A stretch of 64,000 nucleotides of DNA from Proteromonas lacertae (lineage: Eukaryota): contig NGBS01000295.1 of assembly GCA_002245135.1 (NCBI GenBank), positions 248,001-312,000 on the forward strand, written 5' to 3'. The first letter of the stretch is position 1. Every line of letters begins with the position of its first letter. Both the position numbers and the translations under genes were made by a program. Shown piece by piece: positions 37,449 to 50,558 of the stretch. The notes below the pieces were generated by a model. It was given only the letters and a program-made list of their open reading frames with translations, was not told where the DNA came from and did no database searches.

Positions 37449-40400
37449 TCAAATACTTAAAAATGGACAAATGCCTTTCAAATCTTCAATATTTAATCCA
37501 CTAAATCTCTTTAATTCACCATCAGCTAAGAATAACACACCTTTACCCAAAAACTATTTAATAAATATATCATAACATATAAATATATATATATATACTC
37601 TTCTACCTGTTAATCTACTCAAAATGTCATTATAAAACAAATTATGCTGATAACACATCCAAAGATCAAATCCTTTGACAGGAGTTTCATAAATAGTAAA
37701 TCTTTCAAATTTGGGGATTTTTTCAAAGTCCACCTTACTACTAATCACTCTTTTCAATTTCACATCATCACATTTTGTTGGTAAAATTATCTTTATTTCA
37801 CATGGCACTTCATCTATATACACTAATGTCATTTCTCTATCTTTATACTCAACTCCATATTCTACACTTTCAAATAAGCTCTTCCATGTTACAAAATTCT
37901 CACTCTTTGGAAGTGTAATGGATAAATCTCTACTTCCATCATTACTGTCAAGTATATTATATTCAATCATATCATTTTCATCATCATCAATATCAACTTC
38001 ATGACTTAATACTCCTGATAATAATACTTCTTTTTCTTTACCTTCTTTATAAACAACACTAAATTGTCTTTGATTTTTACAGCTTATTTCAATGAATTTA
38101 CTCTTGATTTTATCATCAATGCCTATATCAATTTCTATTTCATAAGCTGTTTGTTCAAATGCATAAGTAGATCCTTTTCTTTCATCATCCAATATTTCAT
38201 GCTCTTCAGTCTTTTGAGGTTGATTATATCCTAATCCATATGTAGTAGTTACTCTATTAATAATATAAATAAATAAATAATATACGGTGTTACTTCATCA
38301 AATGTTCTTACATTCACTTGATTCTCAGGATCAGTTTTTAATACACAAGGCCACATTCCATGTTTTTCTTTGTTTATAATTATTTTGATTTTCTCATTTT
38401 CAATTTCAGTTAAGATACTTGATAGTTTATCATATAATACTCCTTGAATAATGACATTATTGTTTATTTGAATTAATATATTGGTATTATCATAATTCTC
38501 TACTTTTATATCTTCTAATTTGATATTTGGGTAAGAATCTATTGTTTGTAAGATTAATACTTTAAACGTTTGTTTTAGAATAGTGTATTTCTTTTCTTCA
38601 CTTTCTTCATTACTATCTTTTGGTTTGAATGGACTTGTCTTAGGAGTAATTATACCTAATTTTGTTTCTCCTTTATTCTCTGTAGAAGACATAGATGGTT
38701 GTTGTGATAAACCTTTATCATTTTGATTATCATCATTATTATCAGTTGATTTAACAAATTTCATTACTTTTTTATCATCCATTTTTATTTCAATTTTACC
38801 AATATGTTCATCTTCAAATGATGGAATCATTGTCAAATTGCTTCCATGAGGATATTTCATACATCTACATCCTTCTGGACAGAATCTTTCTCCTTTAGAA
38901 TTATAACCATTTGAATAATTATAAACATTCTTCAACTCATTCTCTTTTCTTAAATAGTAAAATGGCAAATCATCTGGATCATCACTACTTCTTAACAAAG
39001 TAGCTGTTATGAATTTATATAATACATCCAAGCTTGTCAAACCTTTACCTGTTGTATTTAATATTTCTGAAATATTATCAAGGAATACTGAAGCTAAAAT
39101 AACATCATAACAACTTGCAATTTTTGAAGCTACTCTTTGTCCAAACACTATATCTTCTTTGAAAATATTTGAATTATTAGTATTATTATTACTATTGCTA
39201 TCTCTTGCATATTTATCAAATCCACAATGAATTGAAGTTCCGTGAACAATCTGTAATCTATTGAAACAACCTTCTTGACAGCAATGCAATTGAACATTTG
39301 ATGATTCAGGATGATGTTGGTAAAAGTAATTTATAACTAAAAACTTCCTTACTGCTTTACCTAAAAACTCATATCTACTTCTATTCTGACTAGAAAGTCC
39401 TGTTTTTAATATATTAATATTCTTAAATTGATAATATTTCCATATTGCATCATAATAGTTTATATCTTTTTCTGTTGGTTCTTCAAAGGGGAAATATCTA
39501 TCGATTGTCTTTAAATCTGTATAAATTCCTGTCCAAATTGGTCCAATCACATCTCCATAAAACAAATTATGTATTAGTAAATCAAAAGTAGTTTTAATGT
39601 TGTAATTATAAAAAAGAAAAGTTAATAATGATTCAAACAAATCTGCAACTGTTAAATCTAAATTTTGACCACATATCAAGATATAATGTAGATTAATTCT
39701 TCTACCAGCTTCATTTAAAACATCATTTGTTTTAAACTGTCCAAAATGATCATCTGATAATTCTCTTCCACTCAATTGTCTGAAATGAATAAAACATAAA
39801 AATGATCCAAAGCATTCCAAGATTGAATCACCTACTTTTTCAAGTTGTTCAAAGTCAGATATAGGTGTATAAATACCTTCATAAGCATTAACAAATGATC
39901 TATGAGTTATTAATTGTTTAATCATAATGTTATTACAATTTTCAATTGATAATTTTGGATCTATTATTTCTAATATGTTGTTTAATTCATTATATCCATT
40001 TATAACTTCAGATATATAATCAGCTAATGGTCTGAAGAATTTTCTAATTATATCCAATGAAGTATTAATTTCTTCATTATAATGAGATATTTTACATAAA
40101 CTTGGAACTAATTTGGATTTTGAATTATCAGCCAATAAAATCGGTTGTTCTAAATCATCAATTTCAACATTATAAGTTGTTCTATAGTATTCACAAATTG
40201 TCTTCCCTATTGGTAATTGTTCTTGTGGATTTGATTTCCAATCAATTCCATTAATAGAATGAAAGACATATTCATTGAATATTGTTGATACATAATGCAT
40301 TGTTAAATCATTTTCAACACTCTTTCTTTTCTTTTCATCCCAATCTTTATAATCATTTCCATATTTCTCAAACACGGTTTGACCATCTTTTAACCAATCA

Positions 40401-41924
40401 GATAGTTGCCTTACTGTTAAAATGGCTTTATCTTTTGTTGGTAATAGTACAAAATCTTTGGAGAATGGTTCATAACACTTTAAAAAGAGAATATAAAATG
40501 TCTTTGAGATTGTTTTATGATAATTATTCCACTTATCTTCAGTAATATTCTCTTTCTTTATTAATTTGAATGTCAATAATGGATATACATCTAAAGATGG
40601 TGAAAATGTAGTAATTCTTATCTTCTTTCTTAGAATTAAAGTCAATCCATCAAATAGATCTTTACATGGTTCAAATATTTTATTATCTTTAAATGACAAT
40701 TCGTAAAAGTAAGCAACATTACCATTGCTATTATTGAACAAAATTAAATCATTATCATCTAATAATTTTATTGAGTTTTTATTTTCTTTATCCTTTATTT
40801 CTTCCTGATTATTTTGAATGGATTGATATTCTTTATTATATTCTTCCATATCGATTGATTTGTTTGATTCTTCTCTTAATGCATCTTCATAATTCATTAT
40901 TACTCTTTTTGTTGTTTTATCAGTTGATAATTTGGTTGAATTTGGTGATTGAATTTTGATATTTGTCTTTATATTCGCAAATCTTTCATAATTTTCTGGT
41001 GTTGAATTTGGTTTTTGTATTGCTGAATTAAAAGAATTATGTTGTTTATGAGGATATTGATAATATTGTCTATAAGGTTGTTGATTATTTTGTATCTCAG
41101 TTTGCTGGTCATATCGATTCTGTGGTGGTTTATAATATGGTTGTTGTTGTTGTTGTTGTTGTTGTACAAAATGAGGTTTTGGTTGTGGTTTTGGTTTCAT
41201 ATATTTTTCCCATCCTTTTGGTATTGTTGCTGTTGTCAAATCATTGATTTGCTTTTGCAGTGGCTTTCTATCATTATATACAACGTAATTGTAAAGTGTA
41301 ACGAATAATGCAAATCTTTTAAATGATTGATTTAATACATCATACAAGTGAGTAATTTTAAAATCAATTTCATGTCTATTATGATTAGATATATTAATAA
41401 ATATATATACTTTCTGTAGAAATGAACATAAATGTTAAATATATTCTTAAATAATGGAATAATCATCGATAAAACTACATATATTTCTTCTTTTTCAAGT
41501 AATTTCTTTAATTTAGTTTCAAACAACTCTTGAGAGGATTCCAATGTCTTTTGTATATATTGACAAGAAGATATTGCTGAATAAAAATGAGATTCTATAT
41601 CACAGTAAATATATGGATTATCATTTTCGTCTTTCATTATTGAACAACTCTTATCATTACAAAATGCAATTTTTTTACATAGATGAATTAAGTCATTGTG
41701 GAAATAAGGCACTATAAAGTGTAAATACTACAAAAATACAATTAATAGCTATCCACTTTATTTGATCAATATGGTGACTGTTTATAACTGATTCACGATA
41801 TTTGCCTCTATTAATAAGCATATCTAAAATTACAATACTCTTTGATTAATTCATTTATTTTATCAACAACTTCTTTCACTTCATCTATTTCAGGTAGATT
41901 TAAATAATCACATTTTATCTGCAT
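37449..41924 (-). CDS. Dicer-like protein without helicase: PAZ + RNase IIIa + degenerate RNase IIIb + Cys/His cluster + two CS (p23/NudC-like) domains + unknown C-terminal domain; 5 introns
   Basis: PAZ (EYYRTTYNVEI.DLEQPIL..LVPSLC); THRS..EQLEKVGDS..ADLFES; RYEFLGKAV; two CS-like domains. In-frame splicing traced across introns, including 38254-38285. Confidence 0.8.
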
Positions 41925-42044
41925 TATTATTGAAAATGTTGTCCAAAATGTTACAAAAATATATTCGTTTTATTCAATCACTAAACATTTTTGATATATA
42001 TAAATCAATGCTTGTTTAAAAACCATAAAGAGATGAATAAATAT

Positions 42045-42615
42045 ATATTACAACAAAATCAATAAGTATATATCAATATAATGAATATAATATAGATAGA
42101 AGGAAATTAAGATAGTTAATTCATTGCTTTTAGTTCTTCTAAGTATGAAGTTATTACTTCTACTGCTAAATCATTAACACTATCTTTAAAATATATCAAA
42201 GCATTTTCAAGATATTCTTTACTTTTATCTTTTTCATTCTATTAAAATAAACTAAAAGATTAAATACCTTCTTAAAGTGATATATTCCCTTTACCATATA
42301 TAACTCAGCTTTAGCAATATTGCCACACTTTTCTTCTTCCACTTGATTTATATAATTGAAATATTCTTCTTCATTTCCTAACATTAAATAGCAATCTGCT
42401 ATATTTCCCAATTCAAGGCTTATCTCATTATCTTTCTTAGCATGTTCAAGTGATTTTTGATGATATTTCAATCCTTCTTCATATTCTTTCTAATTATAAA
42501 AACAAATAAACAATGCAGAGTATTTCATACAAAATCCACAATACAGTCAACTTCAATTATTCAGCTCTTAAACTTCATAATATTCATATTCAACTATTTC
42601 TGCATTAATTTTACA
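42045..42615 (-). pseudogene. Deletion-derivative copy of the pseudokinase-TPR locus
   Basis: 42045-42515 closely matches ~19702-20171 and is joined almost directly to a match of ~22024-22120. The intervening ~1.85 kb (start codon, kinase, five TPR exons) is missing. Confidence 0.8.
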
Positions 42616-43209
42616 ACACATTTGTAGATGTCTTCAATACCTATTTGATTTCACTAGTATTATGTTTATCATACATACTATTTGTTATTATGGGAAGTTC
42701 AACGTTAATATTCTACACATGATTGTTTTATCTTCAATTAAAGTTATTATAACCATATTTTGTTAAATGTTGTTTTTTCAAGTAAATTATGTCAACTACA
42801 ATGTAAGACTAAACCAGAGTTGTTTAATGTATAACAGATCAATTCATTTTAACACCTTCATTTCTATTTAAAGATGAATTTTTTATACTGTTGTTTCTAA
42901 ATCATATAAAACAGCGTAATTAAAACATTAGAAGGTATATTACATCTATATCATTCCATAAAGTCAACAATATGGTGAATTTAAATTTATTATGTTATAT
43001 TTTAATTGATTTCAGTATTAGCTACATAAAAACACTAATCAATCTCAAAAACATAATAAAACACTCAAATCAATCTCTTTTTTGCTTTACAAATATCATA
43101 TATTTTCATAAATGTGATATATAACCTCCACATCTTCAAAACCTTTTTTATGGCTTTTAAAAAAGTGACCGTTTTCTTTAATTCGTTATTCAAATTCTTT
43201 TTTTAAATC

Positions 43210-46200
43210 ATGACTGATGCTGTTAAAGTCGTAGTTAGAGCTCGTCCTATGAACTCAAAGGAAAAGCAGGATAATAGAAAAAACATTGTAGATATCAATA
43301 GCGCTACAGGACAAGTATCAATACATAATCCTTCAGAACCAGATAGAGAGCCTAAAACTTTCACATTTGATGCTTCATATGATGATAAAAGTACACAACG
43401 TCAGGTTTACGATGAAGTGGCTTATCCTCTTATAGAAAGTGTGATAAAAGGTTTCAATGGTACAATATTTGCTTATGGACAGACGGGTTGTGGTAAAACA
43501 CACACCATGGTTGGTAAACCTGATCCACCTGAACTGAGAGGTATTATTCCAAACTCATTTGTTCATATATTTCAAACAATAAAAGCTTCATCCAGTAATG
43601 TAGAATATTTAGTTAGAGGAGCATTTTTAGAAATTTATAACGAAGAAGTTCGTGATCTACTAGGAAAAGATTCTCATCAAAAATTAGATTTAAAAGAAGA
43701 TCCTAAAAAAGGAGTATTTGTGAAAGATTTGACCTGGGAAATCGTTCGAACAGAAGCAGAAATGGAAGTAATCATGGACCGAGGTAATAAGAATAGAACA
43801 GTAGGTTCTACTCTAATGAACGCTGAATCTTCTAGAAGTCACTCAATTTTTACCATTATAATAGAATGTCAAATCGAAGAAGATGGTCGATCACATATAA
43901 CAGCTGGTAAATTGAATTTAGTCGATTTAGCTGGTTCAGAAAGAGCAGATAAAACTGGTGCTCAAGGTGATAGATTAAAAGAAGGTTGTAAGATTAATTT
44001 ATCACTATCTGCATTAGGTAATGTTATTTCTGCTATTGTAGCTGGTAAAGGCCATATTCCTTATAGAGATAGTAAATTAACTCGATTATTACAAGATTCA
44101 TTGGGTGGAAATACAAAGACAATAATGTGTGCTGCTTTAGGTCCAGCTGATTATAATTATGAAGAAACTTTAAGTACGTTGAGATATGCAGATAGAGCAA
44201 AGAAGATTAAGAATAAGCCAACAATCAATGAAGATCCTAAAGATGCATTACTTAGACAATATAAAGAAGAAATAGAGAGATTGCAAAAGTTATTAGAAGC
44301 TCAAAATGGTGCTGGTGGTCCAGGAGGTGAACCTCAAGTAATCGTTAAAGAAGTAGTGAAAGAAGTAGTTAAAGAAGTTCCTGTAGTTAAAGAAGTAATT
44401 AAGGAAGTAATAAAAGAAGTTCCAAAAGAAGTAATTAAAGAAGTAGTGAAAGAAGTAAAAGTAGAAGTTCCTAAGGAGGTTGTAAAGATAAAGAAAGTTC
44501 AAGTAGTTAAAGAAGTGATTAAAGAAGTGCCAGCTAAAGGAGGAGAGAACAATAATGAAGTAATAGAAGGAGGAGGTGAAGAAGAAGAAGAAGGAGAAGT
44601 TAAAGCCAAACCAAAAGCTAAAAGTAAAGCTAAAAAAGACTCATTAGATAGTAATAATGGAGATGGTACTCCAATTGAATCTGTTGATGATAGTCCAGTA
44701 AGAGAAGTCAGTTCAACTGATAGTAATAAAGAAGGAGTAAAAACACCTCAAAATCAAGATCAAATCAAGCCAATTAAGAAAAAAACACCTCCACCAAAAC
44801 CAGTAAGAAAACCAGCTCCAGCTGATGCAGTGAAAGAAGTAAAAGAGATGTTGAAAGGTGCAAGTGTTGATATGGTTAAAGATTTAATAAAGAATGTACC
44901 AGCTAATGTAATGAGAGAAGTGATTAAAGTAATGCCTGTTAATATAGTTAAAGAGATTATTAAAGATACTCCAATTGAAGATGTAAGTGAAGTAGTTAGT
45001 GAAGTACCTAAAGATATAGTTAAAGAAGTAGTAAAAACTGCTCCAAGTCAAGTTATTAATGAAGTTATGAAGGAAATTCCTGAGGAAATAAAAAGTGAAG
45101 TTGTTAAAGAAATACCAAAAGAAATGGTTAAAGAATGTGTTAAGACTGCTTCTAGTGAAGTAGTTACTACAATAGTGAAGGAAGTTCCAAAAGAAATGGT
45201 TAAAAGAAATTGGTTAAAGAAGTTCCAAAAGAAGTCGTTAAAGAGATTGTTAAAGAAGTTCCAAAGGAAATAGTGAAAGAAGTCGTGAAGGAAGTGCCAA
45301 AAGAGATTATAAAGGAAGTGATTAAATATGTACCAAAAGAAGTAATAAAAGAGGTTGTTAAAGAAGTTCCTGTTGAAAAGATTGTATATAAAGAAGTGCC
45401 AAAAGAGGTAATAAAAGAAGTGGTTAAAGAAGTTCCCAAAGGAAGTTATAAAGGAAGTAATAAAGGAAGTTCCTGTAGAAAAGATCGTTTATAAAGAAGT
45501 TGAAAAAGAGGTGGAAAAGATAGTATATAGAGATAGAGATGTAGCAAAGGAAGGAGGAGAAGGTGATAAACAAACACCAAAAGAAGTAGTTAAAGAGGTA
45601 GTAAAGGAAGTTCCAAAGGAAGTTATAAAAGAGGTTGTTAAAGAAGTTCCAGTTGAAAAAATCGTATATAAAGAAGTGCCAAAAGAGGTAATAAAAGAAG
45701 TAGTTAAAGAAGTTCCAAAGGAAGTAGTGAAAGAAGTTGTTAGTCAAAAGCAATTGGAAGAGCAAAAGTTACTTCAACAATATAATGAAGCAATCACTCA
45801 ACAAAGAGATCAATTAGGAGAAGAACTAGCACAACAAAGAGAAGCAGCAGAAAAAGCAGCAGCTGATAAAATAGCATTAGCAAAACAATTAGAAGAATTA
45901 AAGAAGAAATTACAATCGAATGTTATATCAACTGTTGAAGAAGAAGATGAAGAAGTATTAAAGGCAAGAGAAGAAGTAGAAAAACGAAAGAAGGAACATG
46001 AAATGAAGAAAAAGAAGAAGAAGGAAGAAAAAGATAAAGCATTACAAGAAGAGAGTTTATCATTACAAAATGAAATTGAAGAAGTGAAATTCAAGAACAG
46101 TGATGAAGCTAAAGTCAAAATAAAGGAATTAAAGAGTGAATTGAAAACTACAAAGAAGTTATACAGAAGTGCAATAGAAGATATGGAAGATATGGAAAAA

Positions 46201-47187
46201 GAATTTGAAAATGAAAGACAAGATATGCTTGACACTTTAAGAGAACAGAATCAAGATATTCAACTATATTTACAAGTAATCTATAATTTTATTAATAAAA
46301 GTGAACTTAGTACTATTTATGAGAAGAGTCATTATGATGATTTGAATGATCGATGGGTTCTTCCTCAAATTAGAGCAAAAACTGAATGGAAAATGAATGC
46401 ACCATTACCATCCATTAATAATAATAATAATAATAATAATGACAATAGTGATGAGAATAATAATAACAATAATACAACAGAAAAGAAGAAGAAGAAGAAG
46501 AAGAATGATAGTGATAGTAATTGTAACACTGGAAGACCTGATAGTTCATTACCTCCAAAACGACCTGGTTCAGTAGAAATAGATAATAATAATAATAATA
46601 AAGCAAAGATAATACCAACTGAACAATTCCCTGATATAAATACTAGACCTCAATCTAGTACAAGTAGACCAAATAGTTCAAATAAACAATCATTTCCTCT
46701 GTTTGATCCTCCACAAAGTGCAAGTGATCCTTCATTCCGTAAAGAGAATAGGAACAGCGGTTTGTTTTATGATGGATATAATTCTGCAAATGAAATGCCA
46801 CCTCCACATCCAAATAAGAATAAGAAAGAAAAGAAAGATAAAAATAAAAATAAAGATCGTAATGTTAATGAAGATCAAACATTAGTAAGTTTAGGAGATT
46901 TAATGCCAAATATTGAAGAAACAAAGAAAAAAGATAAGAAGAAGAAGAAGAAACATCATAAGAAAGATAGAGATTACCAAGATAGTGGAAGAGATACTGA
47001 TTGCAATACTCCTAACACAGAATGTGATTATTATTATGATGATGTAATTACTCCATCACCTGCAACAATAGATTTAAATAACAGAAGACCTCAAACTCGT
47101 AATAAATCTAGTAGAAGGGAAGCTTCAGGAAATGATAATGTTGGTTATAATTTTGAAGTGACTGATTTTGATCTGTATGATTTTTAA
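43210..47187 (+). CDS. Kinesin-2 family motor (KIF3/KIF17-like) with long KEVVKEVP repeat insert; three apparent 1-nt insertions at ~45202-45212 and ~45436
   Basis: [32 protein letters not shown], neck [26 protein letters not shown]. The first and last ORFs share a reading frame. Confidence 0.88.
44335..45740 (+). repeat. Coding degenerate tandem repeat (12-nt KEV[V/I/P] units; [10 protein letters not shown])
   Basis: Repeated aaagaagt[a/t/g] units within the kinesin stalk. Confidence 0.85.
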
Positions 47188-47563
47188 CAAATTATAAAGA
47201 GTTAAAATTATATTTAGTGGAAATTAAAATTATTTAAATAGTAATTATTTCATGTTTATTTTTTTTTTTCTCTTTTTATTGGTGTGATTTGTTAAAATTT
47301 CAACTTCTTGATTGAATCACCTCTCATTTTTTCACAAATCACCAAATCTCTAATTGTATCAAATTTAAATTTCAGATTATTTATTAGTTTTAAAAACATG
47401 TTTATTAAATACCTTCGCAAATAAATTCTTCTTATGGGAAAAAGAATATTTTAATTATTACATTCACTTTAGTTCGATTTGAAATGTCTTTATTAATCGT
47501 TTGAATATACTAATATGTATAAATATTTAAGATGATAAATGTGAGTTATATCGAATAGCTTAA

Positions 47564-50558
47564 TCAACAACAAACACTTTATATAGAAAATATGTATATG
47601 ATATGTGAAAATTAGAAGGTTATAATCATAATAATATTTTGTCATATTCTATCCTCTCAATCTTAACACTAAATACAATGCAGAGCCTTCATGAATGCCA
47701 TAATCAGATAGCTCTCTATCATCTTCTATATCTTTACCTTCATATGCCAATCTCTGATAACTAACTTTTATTCCTACTATTTTCTGTATTTTTTCTTTAA
47801 CATAATCAACAGTATAATGTTTACAAACTTTAAATGTATATGAATTGCCGATTAACTGTTTTACATAAATAGTAAAAACATCCTTAATATTAATATTATC
47901 AAATTCTAATGATATTTTAAACTTCTTTGAAGTATATACATCTTTACAAGTGATTTCATATTCTTTTTCTTCAAGTTTATTTAATACTTTTCCATGAATT
48001 ACTCCTGTATTTTTATCAATATTTAATTCTTCAGGTAATGAAGGATTTACAGAAAATTCACCTTCTGTATAACATGAAGGATAAATTATTATTTCTTTAT
48101 TTGTTTGTAATAAATAAAAAGACTGAGGATTTGAATTATTCCTATTTGATGATTTATCAAATATTATTTCAGGTAATATATTTTCATCTAAATAATAATG
48201 GTAACTCATTATTCTGCAGAACATTTCTTTTCCACATAGATTTTCTATAATATCAATACTTCTTCTATTATCTACATAAAAGCTTAAACATTTAATAATT
48301 CTATTACTTGGTTTTCTTTTATATTTACTCAGTAACTCTAATAATATTACATTCTTATCTTCATTTCTTACTATTAATAAAATCATACTATTCATAATAT
48401 ATACTTTTATATTCAATTTTACTATCCATTATCATTAATAATCCAATTTCTTTCATCTGTATTTCATCTTTATTTAACAATATAGATATGACATCTTGAA
48501 GATTATTTTGTTTTAAAATTTGTATATCATCTTCTTCTATTGTAGTTTTATCTTCTTCTACATAGTATTTAAATATAATTCTTTTGATTACATCATTTAC
48601 AATCTCTCTTAAATCTATTGATATATGATTTGTTCTATCTACTTTATTATATAAGTTCAATTCTTTCATTTTTGACACTGTTTCATTTGATAGTTCTTCA
48701 TCATTTATCTTCTCAAAATGAACAAACTTCTTTAACAACTTAACAAATTCTTCATTTAATTCATTTTCATTTTCATTTTTCCATTTCAATAATCTATTCA
48801 ACAACCAAGTTTCATTCTCAATTATCAGATTTTTACATCTTAATATTAATTCTAAATCTTCAATTGTTAGTTTGAATAATAATTCTTCATTTTTTAAATA
48901 TATATAACCATTTCTTTTGATATAATCTTCACACATATCCTTTATATCATTTATATTCTTGCAATTCACTTCATATAATGAATGAAATATTTCCATAGTC
49001 ATTGAATCATTTAAATGATTTTTAATATATTTCTTACATTTTTGTAATAAAATCATATCATCATAATAAATACAGAATAAAAGAATTTTACATACATTAT
49101 TTTCTTTCAATTCCATTGTTCCACCACTGTAATACTTCTCTATCTCTAAAAAACTATCAATATCACAACAATCATATAACTCTAACTCTCCATCAAATTT
49201 TTCATCATCAATTAACTTACGAAAGGTCCTATTTCCACGAATGAGTATGAATTTAACACATGACACTTTCTCTCCTTTTATTATCACTTTCATATCTCCA
49301 AACCCTTTATTCACTAAAGTTCTTCCTATACTATAATAATAGATATTTATAAATATGTCTGTTACATATATGTTATACCCTTTGGCTTTAATTTCAGAAT
49401 TTATTAATTTCATTCCAATTATTTGTGAAAATTCGATCGTTTTTAATTCGGGGATTTTTTTGGTAATTCTATTTTTTCATTTTATTGAAATATGTAACTA
49501 TAATAGTTATTTTTAAAATAATCATCAGTTTATAGAAAGCCAGGTTTGATTCAACAAATTATTTGATTAATTAAAGCAAGTAGTTAAAATATTTAATATA
49601 CATCTCCCTTATAGACAATTTCTTTCGTAATAAAGGAAAGAGTTAAAAAGGGATTGCAATAACAAAAAAATCAAAATTTTTATCAAGCTTCTACCAAGCC
49701 ATTTTGAAGATTTTTGCTTATTTTCTTGCTGACAAAGTGATAGAATGAGTGATAATTTATTTAATGATATTAACAAGAATGGATATAAGGTATATTGATA
49801 AATTTCTAAACTTTAGGTCGCCAATTGTGTGAATAGAGAAAGCAGTGTATTATATGAGATAAAAAATGTATATGACGATAAAATGTATTATTTAAAAGCC
49901 ATCTTCATAAAAGATAAGAATATGAGTAAAGCAAATGATTTCTGTGTTATATTAAACAGAATTAAGGCAATGAATTCTACTTATTTAGTTCAATATGTAT
50001 CATATTACTTAATGGAATATTGTGTTTACTACATATTACCAAAATTCGAAATATCTTTACAGACAATGCCTCATAATCTAAATAGTGAAAGTGGTGATGG
50101 AATATTTACATTAATTAAATGTTTATGTGAAGGTACGAAAGAATTACACGAAAATGGGATAATAAATGGAAATATAAAACCATCAAATATTTTCTTATGT
50201 AAAAACGAGAAAGGAGAATTAGAATTTAAGATAAGTGATTATTGCTATAATAAAAAATACTGGAAACATGATATGAGAGTTTGTGAGTGTAATATACAAT
50301 ATATAAGTCCTGAAGAACTAGAGAATAGAGAGTTAAATGAGAAAGTTGATGTTTGGAGTATTGGATCAATATTATATGAAGTAGTTAATGGATATTGTGG
50401 ATTTGGAAATGGAAGTTTATATGAGAAGATGAACAATCTAATAAATTGTAGATATTTACTATCAAATTGTGAATTTAAAGGAGTTTATGATAAAGAGATA
50501 TTTGGTATGATATTTGTGAAAAATGTGAATGAAAGAATTAGTGTTGATAATCTTTTAT
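47564..50558. repeat. Left arm of ~3.0 kb inverted duplication (partner 52969-55963)
   Basis: Reverse-complement match; paired coordinates sum to 103527 at both inner and outer ends; the encoded proteins are nearly identical. Confidence 0.95.
47649..49413 (-). CDS. BTB-BACK + shared linker + Ig(He_PIG-like) + C-terminal ubiquitin-like domain (ends LRLRG)
   Basis: GD..VII.G..V.C.K.IL....FRKL; YYSG..EL..NNV..IL; BACK (L..L....L..IL....L.I.NE..L...LLKW); LP..L.ID..TG.I.G; Ubl QRL.Y.GK..ED.R.L.DY.I..GS.L.LVLRLRG. Confidence 0.82.

Noticed and set aside
37554..41712. Three separate genes as implied by ORFs 37554, 38249 and 41332
   Set aside because: Canonical mini-introns join them in frame into one Dicer-like gene.
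42620..43200. Possible degenerate gene remnant
   Set aside because: Only short stop-interrupted frames; no motif I can support.
44335..45740. CRISPR-like or satellite array
   Set aside because: Degenerate codon-level repeats inside a kinesin ORF with no unique spacers; eukaryotic context.
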